Below, piece after piece: positions 43,772 through 55,064 of a DNA stretch of 64,000 nucleotides. A model generated the notes under the pieces. The model made no database searches. It worked only from the letters and a program-made list of their open reading frames with translations, and was not told the DNA's origin. The first letter of the stretch is position 1; each line of letters opens with the position of its first letter. The stretch is from an uncultured Methanosarcinaceae archaeon (lineage in GTDB: Archaea; Halobacteriota; Methanosarcinia; Methanosarcinales; Methanosarcinaceae): positions 160,001 to 224,000 of the forward strand of contig CAVSHT010000004.1 of assembly GCA_963727895.1 (NCBI GenBank). The letters are read 5' to 3'. The position numbers and the translations under genes are program-made.

Positions 43772-44902
43772 ATGACAAACGTACTGACTCTAACACCAGG
43801 GACATTTCTTCAGAGTAGTTTTGATAAAGTCGGCAATGGCCGGAAATATGAAGAAGTAGAGCTTAAAACAACAGGAACGAAAAAAACATTTACGGCTGAA
43901 ACTCCTATTCAGCTGCATCCTGGCACGACCATAAGTGGAGATGAAAAAGCAATCATCCAGCTAATACCATATGCTTCGACTTGCCTCTGGAAGCCGCAGG
44001 TGCCAGTTTTCAGTTTTTCTGGCGAAAATTATCTGTTTGAAGGGTTCACGTTTGATGGGCTGGCTGATAAACAGAATGTGCTTCATGGGAAAGGTTACCA
44101 TAACCTATTTGGAGGAAACAAAGCTTCAAAAGTCAAAATCCAGAACGTGAAAATTCAAAATTCAATGGGTGATGGTGTAAGGATTCTGGACTCTAAAGAC
44201 GTAACCGTATCTGAAAACAAAATATACGGCATCGGGCATGACGGTTTCTATTGTGAAAGGTGTGTTGACGTAGAAGCTTCAGGAAATGAAATCTATACAA
44301 GGATCAATTCAGGTCTGCGCTCAAAAGGTTCCAGAAGTGTAATTTTCCGAAACAACACAATAAGGAGCACTGCAAAGTACAAACCTCGTACAGGTCCGGG
44401 TATTCAGGTTGAAAACTCCAGGGCAAACGAAACTACATCGAATGTTCAGATAATCAATAACATTATTGATGGGTGCCAGAGTCCAGGTATCTGGGCGGCT
44501 GGTCATACTGCACCTGCCTTAGATGCAGCAACCGGTCTTATAATTAAAGGAAATACCATTACAAACTGCGGACAAATGCCTGTATTTAAAGATAAAGAAA
44601 CTGCTGATAGGCTTTCAGCCGTTGCTGGAATATGCCTCGATGGATGGACAGAGGTAGATATTCAGGAAAATATCCTGGATGGAAACTGTAACGGCATCCG
44701 AATAGGAACCTACATAACTACTTCTGCAGGGTCTGGGTATGTTGTGCGCTTGAAAAACAATGAAATAAAGAATACTGTGGCTCCTTTCAATAAGGACGCA
44801 TACGCAGGGTATGCAATCGCTGTTACAGTGCCTGATAAATTCAATGTTATAAATGAAGGAAACATGTTCAGCGGAAACTTAAAAGATGTCTTTGGAATTT
44901 AA
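43772..44902 (+). CDS. Right-handed parallel beta-helix (pectin-lyase-like) protein
   Basis: Repeated V.I.NN.I units; GKGYHNL, GDGVR, GHDG, NSGLR, GPGIQ. Confidence 0.82.
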   Translation: MTNVLTLTPGTFLQSSFDKVGNGRKYEEVELKTTGTKKTFTAETPIQLHPGTTISGDEKAIIQLIPYASTCLWKPQVPVFSFSGENYLFEGFTFDGLADKQNVLHGKGYHNLFGGNKASKVKIQNVKIQNSMGDGVRILDSKDVTVSENKIYGIGHDGFYCERCVDVEASGNEIYTRINSGLRSKGSRSVIFRNNTIRSTAKYKPRTGPGIQVENSRANETTSNVQIINNIIDGCQSPGIWAAGHTAPALDAATGLIIKGNTITNCGQMPVFKDKETADRLSAVAGICLDGWTEVDIQENILDGNCNGIRIGTYITTSAGSGYVVRLKNNEIKNTVAPFNKDAYAGYAIAVTVPDKFNVINEGNMFSGNLKDVFGI

Positions 44903-45277
44903 TTAAAAACAGGTTTTGGGGACGGGCACATTAAAACAATAAAGTAAATTAAAACAATAAAAATGAAAATATCCATAATAAAATGATACCTGTCTAGATC
45001 TAGTAGATAATAATGAAAATTCTGATACCTTTGTCATTGACAGTACAAGCCTCATTTCTAAGCTTCCTGTATATTCCACAGTAGCGCTTGTCACAAGCTT
45101 TTGTACATGTATATGAATTGTTTTGATATCCAGAACATTTTAAAGCGTATTCACATTTAATATCAAACATATACCTATCCCCTTTTAAATTTCAATGTCC
45201 CCATCTCATTTTCAAGCCTACTCCAAAGATAAAAATTACTTTTCTAATGCTCAAATATTAAAAAAGAAAACAGCACA

Positions 45278-45420
45278 ACTGGCTAATGTAAACACTTAAA
45301 CATCAGCCAGTTAAGATTTATTTAAGTTATACTCAACTTTTAACTACACAGTTATACGTTTTTATTGCTAGTACCATAGTTAGGGGTGTAAATGCTTAAA
45401 CATCAGCCACTTAGGATCAA
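45278..45420. repeat. Two ~33-bp direct repeats; the first forms a hairpin (possible terminator of the upstream minus-strand gene)
   Basis: TGTAAA..CTTAAACATCAGCCA.TTA.GAT near 45287 and 45387; AACTGGCT..AGCCAGTT arms. Confidence 0.55.
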
Positions 45421-45432
45421 TATTTCTCTGCT

Positions 45433-45840
45433 TTAGCGGTAGTATTTATGATAATTGTTGTAAAAATTGTTATAACCTCTGTACCAGCCGTTATATTTTG
45501 AATACCAGCTGTTATATTTTGCAAACCACATTATATACATTATGTACCAGTTGTCATAAGATTTGTCGTGTTTCTTGTGGCCCCATTCATTCTTTTGTCT
45601 GTCCCAATTATTCCTTTGACGATCCCAATCGTTCTTTTGGCGGCCCCATTCATTCTTTTGTCTGTCCCAATCATTTTTTTGGCGGGACCAATTGTTTTTG
45701 TCTCCAATATTCTTTCCGTTGTCTTTACTGTTGTCTTTCCTATACGTGTTATTCGGAGCTGCGCTTACTGACGCAACTGTTACTGACAGTACAAAACAGA
45801 CTGCCAGGAGAATTCCCAATATCTTTTTGATTTTCACCAT
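45433..45840 (-). CDS. Secreted Trp/Tyr heptad-repeat protein
   Basis: Signal peptide; five W(S/D/G)RQ(K/R)N(D/E/N) heptads, then YxxW/F heptads; GAGGT RBS. Confidence 0.75.
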   Translation of the reverse strand: MVKIKKILGILLAVCFVLSVTVASVSAAPNNTYRKDNSKDNGKNIGDKNNWSRQKNDWDRQKNEWGRQKNDWDRQRNNWDRQKNEWGHKKHDKSYDNWYIMYIMWFAKYNSWYSKYNGWYRGYNNFYNNYHKYYR

Positions 45841-46875
45841 ATACCTCACTCCAAATATCTGCTGTTCAGATAGCCTTACTTTATTTTCTTGATTACTTCG
45901 CTGACTCGTCTCAGCTTGACAATCCTAACATGAACTCGATAAAATATAAGCATACGTATAAATAAAAATATATAAAAGTAAAATTATTATTTAAATATAG
46001 CTTTTAAACGATTTATAATAAAAAATAATAGTTTTTGAGAGTTCAATATATAATTTAACATTTAAAAATGACCAATTATTAAATTAAAGGTTTTAAAACT
46101 ATTATTTTATTATGGTTATTTACATAATAAATCTATAACCTTCTTGCCTGCTCTCTAATAGCTTTTAATTCACTTTTCTACAAGAATTGTTCTATATTCA
46201 GAAACAATAGTAGGATATGGACAAAGGCAGTTGTTAATGGGCTTGAGTTTTTAGTACTGAAAAGTACAGTAAATGAAATAAAAGCACAAGAGAAAGTACA
46301 AAAAAGTAAAATTGGAGTACAAATGAAAATTACGAAAACTCAAAGTGCAGGCATTAGAATAGAAAACACATATTTGAGACAGTGTAAAGAGAACTTGCAA
46401 AGTCTCATGAAGATAAGAATACAATTCAAAGTCATTATGATAATTATATGCAATAAATGCAGACTTTAATTCCGCAGAAAGCAATTGAGATCTAGAAAAA
46501 AGAAAAGCCTTCCTGGAAATTTTGAGAATCTCTATAAGGAATATTATTCAAAAACTGCAATAAGAAAAAGATTATTTAAATTGCAGGAAACTCGCTCCCA
46601 CAAGATCCTGCAATTCAGTGTCGACTTATATGTTCAAGTTTTAACGATGTTCTTAATTTTTAGTATTTTTCGGTTTTATATTGACTTAATTCACTGTAAT
46701 CTTGACTCTATATAAAAACTACCAAATTCACTAACAGTAGATTGAAATAGGCAAATCTATCCAATAAGTGATAATACTTTTTGAATTCTTATTAACTTTG
46801 ATTTTTGACTGAATATTAAGGATTTTTACAAAGCCGAAAAAAGGACAATAATTTAGTTTACATTTATAGATATTT

Positions 46876-49541
46876 TCAATGAGCTATTGAAATCCCTGAG
46901 ATTACAAAACCAATTAAGGAAATTACTGCTGAGTATCTTTGTAATAACGTATCTAATTTTGATTGTTTTAGTTCATCCAATCTCCGAGAATATTCCTCAT
47001 AGATCTCATTATTATCATTGGAAAGCTCATGTATTAAGATTTTTATTTCATCCAAGCGCTCTAGAATAGTATTGTTGGTATTGCTAACTAAACATAGTTA
47101 ACTCTTTATTTCTGTATTTCATCAATATAATAACCGAGTACTTTAGCATTTCAAGACTCTTCGTATAATACTTTGTCTTTCTTCTCAATCTTGCCAAAAA
47201 GTGCTTCAATATGCTGTTATATCCTTCAACAGTATACGTTTCTGCTTTTGATTGAGTATGGATCTTTTCTGGAAGAAACTCTGCATATGTTCTCCAGTAA
47301 TCTGTCATCACTTCTCCAATCTCTTTTTTCTTCAATTTTTCCCAGAGTAGTTTTCCAGTTTCTGTTCCTCTGTTACCAAAAGGATCCATCAATATTTTTT
47401 TGTTACAGATGTAAGTATGCATCTCATCCATTTCAACAATAGATATCTCATTTTCACTTTTTAGGTCCTCTCACTCTTGACCAAATTTCTTTATCCATTT
47501 TTGGACAGAAACATGACTCACCCCTAAAACTCTTCCTATTGAACGAAAGCCCAATCCTTCAAGGTAAAGTTGTAAAGCCTATCTTTTTACAGAAGCGGAA
47601 AAAGCAGTTGATTTTAGCTCTACTGTATAGTTATAGCCACAATCAGAGCATTTGTACCGTTGACGCCCGCCAACTATACCGTTCTTTTTGTGACTGGAAC
47701 TATTGCATTTGGGGCAGTTAATGAAGAAATATACTTTCTAATAGTATATAACTATGTTTAAGTATCAATGCCGTATTGTTTAAACCATTTAGCTTCTCAG
47801 CCTGAATGGAATCAAATTTTTCGTTAGAGAGTGTACTTAGACTTTCTGTCTCACTCAGTTTTTCCAATTCCTCTTTCATGATTTAGAGATCTGATATAAC
47901 ATCAGCTGAGTTCAGTTTGATTTTGGAAATATCAAAGCTTATGCAATTCAACTTATCTTTAACGCAAATAATTTCATCGAAGATGCGATCAAACTTTTGA
48001 AGTTTTTCATCTAATTTTTGATCCAACTCTTGCTCTGAAATTACTTTCATCATGGGAATCTGCCCAATCACAAAAAGTAAGGCATCATATTGTTTTGCCA
48101 GATTTCTTTCTTGTTTCATTGCCTCAATCTTGTTTAGAATATATCTATTTTCAGGAAGATCTGCTACTTTCATTTTTAATAAATAGGCAACGTCCTCTAT
48201 TTTTTGTGTCATCTCTTCCTGACTGCCAATTTCCCATTTTTGGACTTCCTTACAGACAGCATGTGCAGCTTTTTCGACTTCAGTTCCTATTGATTCCTTG
48301 TAAGTAGCTCTTGCTTTTTCCTGAATCTTTTCAATAAGCTCTTTTAGATTTCTATCCAAAAGAGGTAGTCCTTTTCTCAGAAATTCTGTCGCAAACGGTG
48401 CTTTTTCGTCAGTGTCTTTCATTAGTTCTGCAGCATGATCACAGTATTTCCTATAGAAATTGAGCTCACCTTTCATCGACTGTAAGTCTAAATTTTCCAA
48501 ATTCTGGACTTCTTTTAATGCTTCTGCGAGGTTTTCAACAGCTTCAAAAAGCTGTTTTTTACCCTCTGAGCCTTCAATTGCAGCTTTAGCTTCTTCCAGA
48601 TATTTGTTCACTTCTTCTTTAGCTTCCTGTTTTTTGAAAATTATTGTATGGAATGAGCGATAAAAAGGAAGACAAAATTGAGCAGGATTATCGTAAGGTG
48701 CTTCCTTTACTGCAATTTCAAAATATCCAATTGCCTTTTCCAATTCCTTTTTGTAATCTTCATCTGTTTCTGCCTGGGAAGCCATGAATATTGAAATTCT
48801 TCCAAGAGAATGATTTGAGAAGGATCTCACAGACCTGTCTTCATCATTAGTCAGTCTAATTAATTCGTTCCATGCCTGTTGTTTATCTGGCACTTGAGAA
48901 TAAGCAGAACCAAGAATTAAAGCAGCATTACGCCTCACATAGCTGTATTCATCATTGGTCAACCTATGTAAATCATTCCATGCCTGTTGTTTATCTGGAA
49001 AGTAGGAATACGCAGAACCAAGAGCAAAGGCAGCACTAGACCTCATATAAATATTTTCATTACTGGTTAATCTAATTAAATCATTCCATGCCTGTTGTTT
49101 ATTAGGCACTTGAGAAAAAGCAAAACCAAGGGTAGAGACAGCAATAGACCTAACATCACTGTCTTCATCATTAGTTAGTCTATGTAAGTCATTCCATACC
49201 TGTTGTTTATCTGGCACTTGAGAATAAGCAAATTCGAGAGCTCTGGCAGCTTTATAACTCACATAATTGTTTTCATCATTAGTCAGTCCATATAAATCAT
49301 TCTATGCTTGTTGTTTATCTGGCACTTGAGAATAAGCAAATTCGAGAGCTCTGGCAGCAATAGACCTAACATCACTGTCTTCATCATTAGTCAGTCTATG
49401 TAAGTCGTTCCATGCCTGTTGCTTGTTTGGCATGGATGAAAAAAAATCCTTTAATTCCACTAATGCATACATACGATCTTGTGGATCCTCGCTTAGACAT
49501 TGGTTGTGAATTTCTCTTGGTCGACCAACTGCCAACACCAT
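46876..49541 (-). pseudogene. HEAT-repeat protein gene (TAG 49302-49304, TAA 47883-47885, IS1 insertion)
   Basis: Repeats of QVPDKQQAWNDL.RLTNDE...VR..AA; the frame resumes beyond IS1 and ends at TGA 46876 after a hydrophobic tail. Confidence 0.85.
47077..47772 (-). mobile_element. IS1-family element (copy 5, defective) with 8-bp TSD GTATTGTT
   Basis: Both IRs; TSD at 47069-47076 and 47773-47780; ATG>ATT, TTA>TGA and an internal deletion. Confidence 0.95.
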
Positions 49542-49675
49542 GAATATAATAAAAGGTAATGGTTAAAAATTTTCCTTTTTGGTTTTCAAGAGTAGAGAAT
49601 AAAGTTCATGTAAAATCTACATATTCTGAAGACATAATTTTAAGAAAACCAAAAATTAGTGAACTACTGATTAAT

Positions 49676-50305
49676 CTACATTTCATCCAAATATCTCTGC
49701 AGCTTATCCGCAAGTTTGCCAATATGAATACCGTCAACAAATGCATGATGAACCTGGACTGCAAACGGCATCATAAATTTGCCTTCTCTTTCATGATATT
49801 TTCCCCAATCAAATATGGGTTGCGCTTTTTCCCTGTTTCCGAAATCCGTGTGCGAAATATGCGTAAACGTTATCCACGGCAAGGCAGAGAATTGATATAC
49901 ATAGTTTTCTACAGGTCCTTTAAAATGTTCTTTTTGATTTTCTGTCGTTACGGTTGCTAGTTGTACAAACTTCTCAATCGTATCCTTCATGGGAACATTT
50001 ACTACCTTAAATAATTCGGTTTCTTTATCCAGATATGTAAATGACGTATCAATGGACTCATATAACACAACTTCACCATCAAGAAAACGATACCGAAACT
50101 CTTCGATTTCATTTGCGCATTTCGTAACGGCAAATATAAATGCCATTGTAAATGACCAGTTATTTTCTTTAACGTGCTTTTTAAAATTCGTTACATCAAG
50201 TTCAAAACTCACACAATATTGAGGCTATACTGCATTCCTGTATATTTGACAATAATCTTTTCTTTTCCAGGTTTCAAAATCCACTGTTTTGTATCTGTTT
50301 CCCAC
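49676..50305 (-). CDS. Type A chloramphenicol acetyltransferase-like protein with in-frame TAG at codon 27
   Basis: GTG start after AAAGGTG; VDFETWKRK N-terminus; SALPWITF; PIFDWGKY; catalytic VHHAFVDGIH. Confidence 0.85.
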
Positions 50306-50507
50306 GTTTACACCTTTGTTCAACAAAATATATATTACAATATAACGCCATTGATACAGTATCCCTGAACTCAGGTTATGGAATAAAAAGACCTAGAACA
50401 CGGCAAGTCCGATGAACATCCTAAAAATGATAAAATGAATTAAAAAAGTTGCAGCTAGAAGAATAAAATTCTGAATTGAAATTCTAAATTGAATTATCAA
50501 TATGGCT

Positions 50508-51386
50508 TTAAACTTCCAGTCCTTCTTTTTTAAGGAAATAGTCAATCAGCTTTCTCGCAATGCTTATTTTTCCAGGCAAATCAGGCAGATTTTCAACCGA
50601 AAACCACTGAGCATCTTCGATTTCAAATCCATCGGGCTGAATGTCCCCTGAATGATATTCCGCAGTAAACCCGATCATAAGAGAATTTGGAAACGGCCAG
50701 GCCTGTGTCCCGAAATAATTGATATTTCTGACTTTAATTCCAACTTCTTCCCTGATTTCCCTGACGACTGCAGCTTCGGCTGATTCCCCTGGTTCAATGA
50801 AACCGGCTATCAAACCGTACCTTCCTATCGGAAAATTCGGTGACCTTGCAAGTAAAACTTCATGTCCTTTTCGGATAAGTACGATCACAGCAGGTGAAAT
50901 TCTCGGAAAGAAAAGCTCTCCACATTCAGGACACTCTTTTCCCCTTTCTCCTGGTTTTTGCAGGGTTTTTGTCCCGCAGCGACTGCAAAACTGGTTTGTT
51001 CTGTCCCATTCCATAATCTGGACTGCTTTATTTACAAGCGCAAAGCAATTTTCACTAATTTCCGAATACGCTTGCCTGAGATCTACAAACTCCATTCCTT
51101 CAGGCGACTGTGCGTCTTCAGGAAGCTCTACGGAATAGCAATGAGTTCCTTCAAGCGTTCCAAGATACTGTTCCCTTATTCCCGAAAGCCCAAGCTCCCC
51201 AAAATCTAGCAGTTTTGGAATTGCTCCAGGGTTTTTATTAAGCTTGAGGAGAACTTCACGGCCCCGGAAAATAAACCAGAAAACTTTTTCTGTCCTTTCA
51301 GCCGGCGGTTCAATGCCTATGATAAATTCTGGGAAGAATTCCGAACAAATGGGATTTTCCCTGTTTACTGGAGTCATAATGTTCAT
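50508..51386 (-). CDS. nudC: NAD(+)/NADH diphosphatase NudC
   Basis: FCSRCG..CPEC zinc finger; FPRISPAVI; Nudix box GFIEPGES.E....RE..EEVG; QAWPFPNS. Confidence 0.93.
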   Translation of the reverse strand: MNIMTPVNRENPICSEFFPEFIIGIEPPAERTEKVFWFIFRGREVLLKLNKNPGAIPKLLDFGELGLSGIREQYLGTLEGTHCYSVELPEDAQSPEGMEFVDLRQAYSEISENCFALVNKAVQIMEWDRTNQFCSRCGTKTLQKPGERGKECPECGELFFPRISPAVIVLIRKGHEVLLARSPNFPIGRYGLIAGFIEPGESAEAAVVREIREEVGIKVRNINYFGTQAWPFPNSLMIGFTAEYHSGDIQPDGFEIEDAQWFSVENLPDLPGKISIARKLIDYFLKKEGLEV

Positions 51387-51415
51387 ACTTATTGTTTTTG
51401 TTCTATATATGATTA

Positions 51416-51523
51416 CAGGAACATTTTATTTCAGGAACATTTTATTTCAGGAACATTTTATTTCAGGAATATTTTATTTCAGGAACATTTTATTTCAGGA
51501 ACATTTTATTTCAGGAACATTTT
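51416..51523. repeat. 16-bp tandem repeat (CAGGAACATTTTATTT) x ~6.7
   Basis: Six full units (one with a C>T change) plus a partial unit, directly upstream of the nudC TATA-like box. Confidence 0.95.
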
Positions 51524-51664
51524 TAAAAAAGAAAACGTCTGTAAGTCAAAGTAAATTAAAAAAAGCTTCATTTTCTAAAAAATATCTAATGAAAAATGAA
51601 ACAGGAGTATGCTTGAAAGCAAACCCTATTTCTAATATTTACCTGTGATCTCTTCAGTTAATAT

Positions 51665-54346
51665 TTACCTGTGAGTTCTCCATTCCAGATACTTCACAAA
51701 CTCCATAGCTATAAGCGTGGTTGAAGCCAGCGGAATTACCATAGCCCAATCGAAAAGCGATAATGGAACAGTCCTGAAAGCCATTTGCATAATCGGAATA
51801 TAGATTGCGGCCAGCTGCAGGATTACTGTACTCAGTACAGCATAGATAAGGGCTTTATTGGTAAAAATTCCCAGGGAGATTACTGAATATCTTTCTGAAC
51901 GCCAGTTAAAAGCGTTGAACATCAAGGAAATAACTACCAGAGTAAAGATTAGAGTCTGAATCTTTGGAAGAGGCACTCCTTTATTAAGAGAATCATAAAG
52001 GACCCAGAGAGATTGGATCGCAATCAAAGTTCCTAATCCAAGGCTCACTACAATTATTCTCTTGGAAACTAATCCTTCTTTTGCTTTATTTGGCTTCTGT
52101 TTCATAAGCCCTCTGTCAGGAGCTTCAAGGGAGAGTGCCATTGGAGGCAGACCATCTGTTATAAGGTTAATCCATAGGATCTGGACTGTAATAACAGGCA
52201 GAGTCTGCCATGCAAGCACTCCGACAAGCACGATGATAACCAGGCCGATATGACAGGTAAGACCGTAAGCAATGAAATTTTTTATATTTTTCAGGATATT
52301 CCGGCCTTCTTCTACTGCTGACACGATGGACGCAAAATTGTCGTCGGTCAGAATCATACTTGAGGCTTCTTTACTGACATCTGTGCCTGTAATACCCATT
52401 GCAATGCCCATATCTGCGGCTTTCAGAGCAGGAGCATCGTTTACCCCGTCTCCGGTCATTGCGACTATGTATCCTTTTTTCTTGAGAGCTTCAACTACTC
52501 TCAGCTTATGTTCGGGATAAACCCTTGCATAGACAGAAACTTTCTCCACGATATCGTCAAATTCTCTATCGCTAAGAGTTTCTAATTCGGTTCCTGTAAG
52601 AACAAGATCTCCTTCCCGGAAAATTCCAAGTTCCCTTGCAATTGCAAAAGCCGTAGTCTTGTGGTCGCCGGTAATCATTATAGTCCTGATTCCTGCACTG
52701 GTACAGGTGGCAATTCCAACTTTGACTTCTTCTCTTGGGGGATCGCGCATACCCATAAGCCCTGCAAAAACCATTTCTTTTTCAGCTTCTTCTGGGGAAA
52801 TAGCTTCTGAAACCTTGCGGTAGGCAAATCCCATAACCCGAAGTGTCTGATTTGCCAGATCGTGTAGGACATTGAGGATTTCCTGCTTTTTATCAGGAGT
52901 TAACTCTTCTTCACGCCCTTCATGGAAAATTTTCGTGCAGGAAGCAAGGATAACCTCAGGAGCACCCTTGGAATATGCATAAAGTCCATCTTCTGAACTG
53001 TTTAAGGTAGTCATCATCTTCCTTTCGGAAGAGAAAGGAACTTCTCTTTTACGTTCATGTTTTTCCTCAAGAGCAGTTTTCCAGAGACCTTCTTTAGCTG
53101 CTGCGACTACAAGAGCGCCTTCTGTAGGGTCGCCTGTGATATCCCACGCATCTTCTTTCTCAACTAATCCGGCATCATTACAAAGAGCTCCTGTAACCAG
53201 TAGTTTGTGAAGGTGTATATCTTCAGAAACAGGAATGTCTCCATTGAAAAAATCTCCTGTGGGTTTGTATCCTTCACCTGTAACTTTTAAGAGAGTTCCA
53301 TTTACGTACACCTTTTCAACAGTCATTTTGTTCTGAGTAAGTGTTCCAGTTTTATCAGTACAAATGATGTTGGTGGAGCCGAGTGTTTCTACAGATGGCA
53401 GTTTTCTTACAAGGGCATGCCTTTTCACCATTCTTCGAACGCCAAGAGCAAGTCCGACTGTCACAACTGCAGGAAGAGCTTCCGGAATTGCAGCAACAGC
53501 AAGGGCAACTCCCCAGAGAAACATTTCAAAAGGATCAAAACCTTCTATGATTCCGAGTATAGCTACAAAAGCCACAACTATAAGGGTTGCAGTCCCTAGC
53601 CAGCGCCCGAACTGGTCAAGTTTTTCCTGAAGAGGGGTTCTTTCTCGTTCAATATTTTCAAGAAGCCCAGCCAGCTTCCCGAAAGCCGTATTCATGCCTG
53701 TTGTAGTAATAACGGCTTTTCCCCTTCCGTAAGTGACTGAAGTGCCGGTATAAACCATATTTTTCCTGTCCGGCTGTGGGGTTTCAGTAGGAAAAGTATT
53801 GGTACTTTTTTCTACAGGAACAGATTCTCCGGTAAGAGAGGATTCATCTATTTTTAGGGAAAGAGCCTCAAGAAGCCTTGAATCTGCAGGAATTCTGTCT
53901 CCTGCTTGCAAAAGCAAAATATCGCCAGGGACAAGAAGTGAAGAAAGAACTTTTCCTTCTTTTCCATCCCTTATAATCAACGCTTCGGGACTTGTCAATG
54001 ATTTCAATAGTTTGATTGACTCTTCGGCCCTGTATTCCTGAACAAAACCGAGCACGCCGGCAAGGACTACAGTAAATAGGATCACAAAAGCGTCAACAAG
54101 CTCTCCGAGGAAAGCGGAAACCATTGCTGCAACAATTAAAATTATTATCAAAAAACTCTTGAACTGGGAAAGAAAAAGTTTTACAACCGAAGTTTTTTCT
54201 TCTTCTTTAAGTTCGTTTTTTCCGTATTTTTCAAGCCGTTTTTCCGCTTCTTTCGAACTCAGCCCGCTTTCTTCGGACGTGTTCAGGGTCTTTATAACCG
54301 CATCTGCGGCTTCGTCATAATACATCCAGTTTTTATCTCCAGTCAA
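51665..54346 (-). CDS. P-type IIA (Ca2+-type) cation-transporting ATPase
   Basis: TGES, IPEAL, DKTGTLT, KGAPE, TGD, GDGVNDAP, WINLITDG. Confidence 0.95.
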   Translation of the reverse strand: MTGDKNWMYYDEAADAVIKTLNTSEESGLSSKEAEKRLEKYGKNELKEEEKTSVVKLFLSQFKSFLIIILIVAAMVSAFLGELVDAFVILFTVVLAGVLGFVQEYRAEESIKLLKSLTSPEALIIRDGKEGKVLSSLLVPGDILLLQAGDRIPADSRLLEALSLKIDESSLTGESVPVEKSTNTFPTETPQPDRKNMVYTGTSVTYGRGKAVITTTGMNTAFGKLAGLLENIERERTPLQEKLDQFGRWLGTATLIVVAFVAILGIIEGFDPFEMFLWGVALAVAAIPEALPAVVTVGLALGVRRMVKRHALVRKLPSVETLGSTNIICTDKTGTLTQNKMTVEKVYVNGTLLKVTGEGYKPTGDFFNGDIPVSEDIHLHKLLVTGALCNDAGLVEKEDAWDITGDPTEGALVVAAAKEGLWKTALEEKHERKREVPFSSERKMMTTLNSSEDGLYAYSKGAPEVILASCTKIFHEGREEELTPDKKQEILNVLHDLANQTLRVMGFAYRKVSEAISPEEAEKEMVFAGLMGMRDPPREEVKVGIATCTSAGIRTIMITGDHKTTAFAIARELGIFREGDLVLTGTELETLSDREFDDIVEKVSVYARVYPEHKLRVVEALKKKGYIVAMTGDGVNDAPALKAADMGIAMGITGTDVSKEASSMILTDDNFASIVSAVEEGRNILKNIKNFIAYGLTCHIGLVIIVLVGVLAWQTLPVITVQILWINLITDGLPPMALSLEAPDRGLMKQKPNKAKEGLVSKRIIVVSLGLGTLIAIQSLWVLYDSLNKGVPLPKIQTLIFTLVVISLMFNAFNWRSERYSVISLGIFTNKALIYAVLSTVILQLAAIYIPIMQMAFRTVPLSLFDWAMVIPLASTTLIAMEFVKYLEWRTHR

Positions 54347-54468
54347 TCAGACAAGCACTTTGAGTTTAAAAACGTCCATAACTTGCCAGTTTTAAATATA
54401 ATATTTGAGGTGGTAATTAATATTGATAGAATATAGAACTTGGGATATACAAAAATTAATAATGATCG

Positions 54469-54485
54469 GGTTCTGTTGCAAAATC
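54469..54485. mobile_element. Solitary IS6-type inverted repeat
   Basis: GGTTCTGTTGCAAAA at the left edge of the AT-rich islet. Confidence 0.6.
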
Positions 54486-54896
54486 CATAAAAAAGATGCA
54501 GTTGAATTTCTGTTTTAAGCTTTAATTTTACAAAATAGGAGGTATTGGCAGGCCGACAAGTTGGGGTATCGTTGGGAGTTTTTATTATTAACAGTGGAAG
54601 AAGTTAAAGGAGGAAAATTTTTTCATGTAACAAATAGATCAGTCGACCCGCCGAACTTTCATAGGATTAAAAGTATAAAAAACTATTGATAATTAATATT
54701 CAGTAACTATCTTACTGACAATTTTACATCCAATAATATAGTTATCGTCAGTAACCCAGCTATTTCCATAACCTATAAACTAGTAAAGTTCACAAACGTT
54801 TTCATCAAAACCACGTCAAAATTTACTGAATTTTAAAAATAATAAAAAATCAACAAAGTTATATAGTTACAAAATTGTTATGACCTTGATTCAACC

Positions 54897-55064
54897 ATGA
54901 TAGATAAAACCCTCAAAATTGCCTCTATATTTGCTCTAGCGATAATCTGCTTGCTGGCAGTTGGATATGCTATTTTTCCAGATATCACAGTAGTTTTATC
55001 CGGATCAGCCCTTTCAAATTATCCGGATAGCAATATATTAAGGTATCCAGGTATTATGCCATAA
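54897..55064 (+). CDS. 55-aa small membrane/secreted protein
   Basis: MIDKTLKIASIFALAIICLLAVGYAIFPD...; one strong hydrophobic helix. Not in the ORF track. Confidence 0.45.
   Translation: MIDKTLKIASIFALAIICLLAVGYAIFPDITVVLSGSALSNYPDSNILRYPGIMP

Noticed and set aside
48840..49430. Long periodic DNA repeats
   Set aside because: Explained by HEAT-repeat coding units.
51416..51523. Possible CRISPR array
   Set aside because: Units are head-to-tail with no unique spacers, and no cas genes are in the window.
54535..54585. GTTGGGGTATCGTTGGGAG resembling the GGG-loop RNA
   Set aside because: Only one weak hairpin and no closing stem; insufficient evidence.
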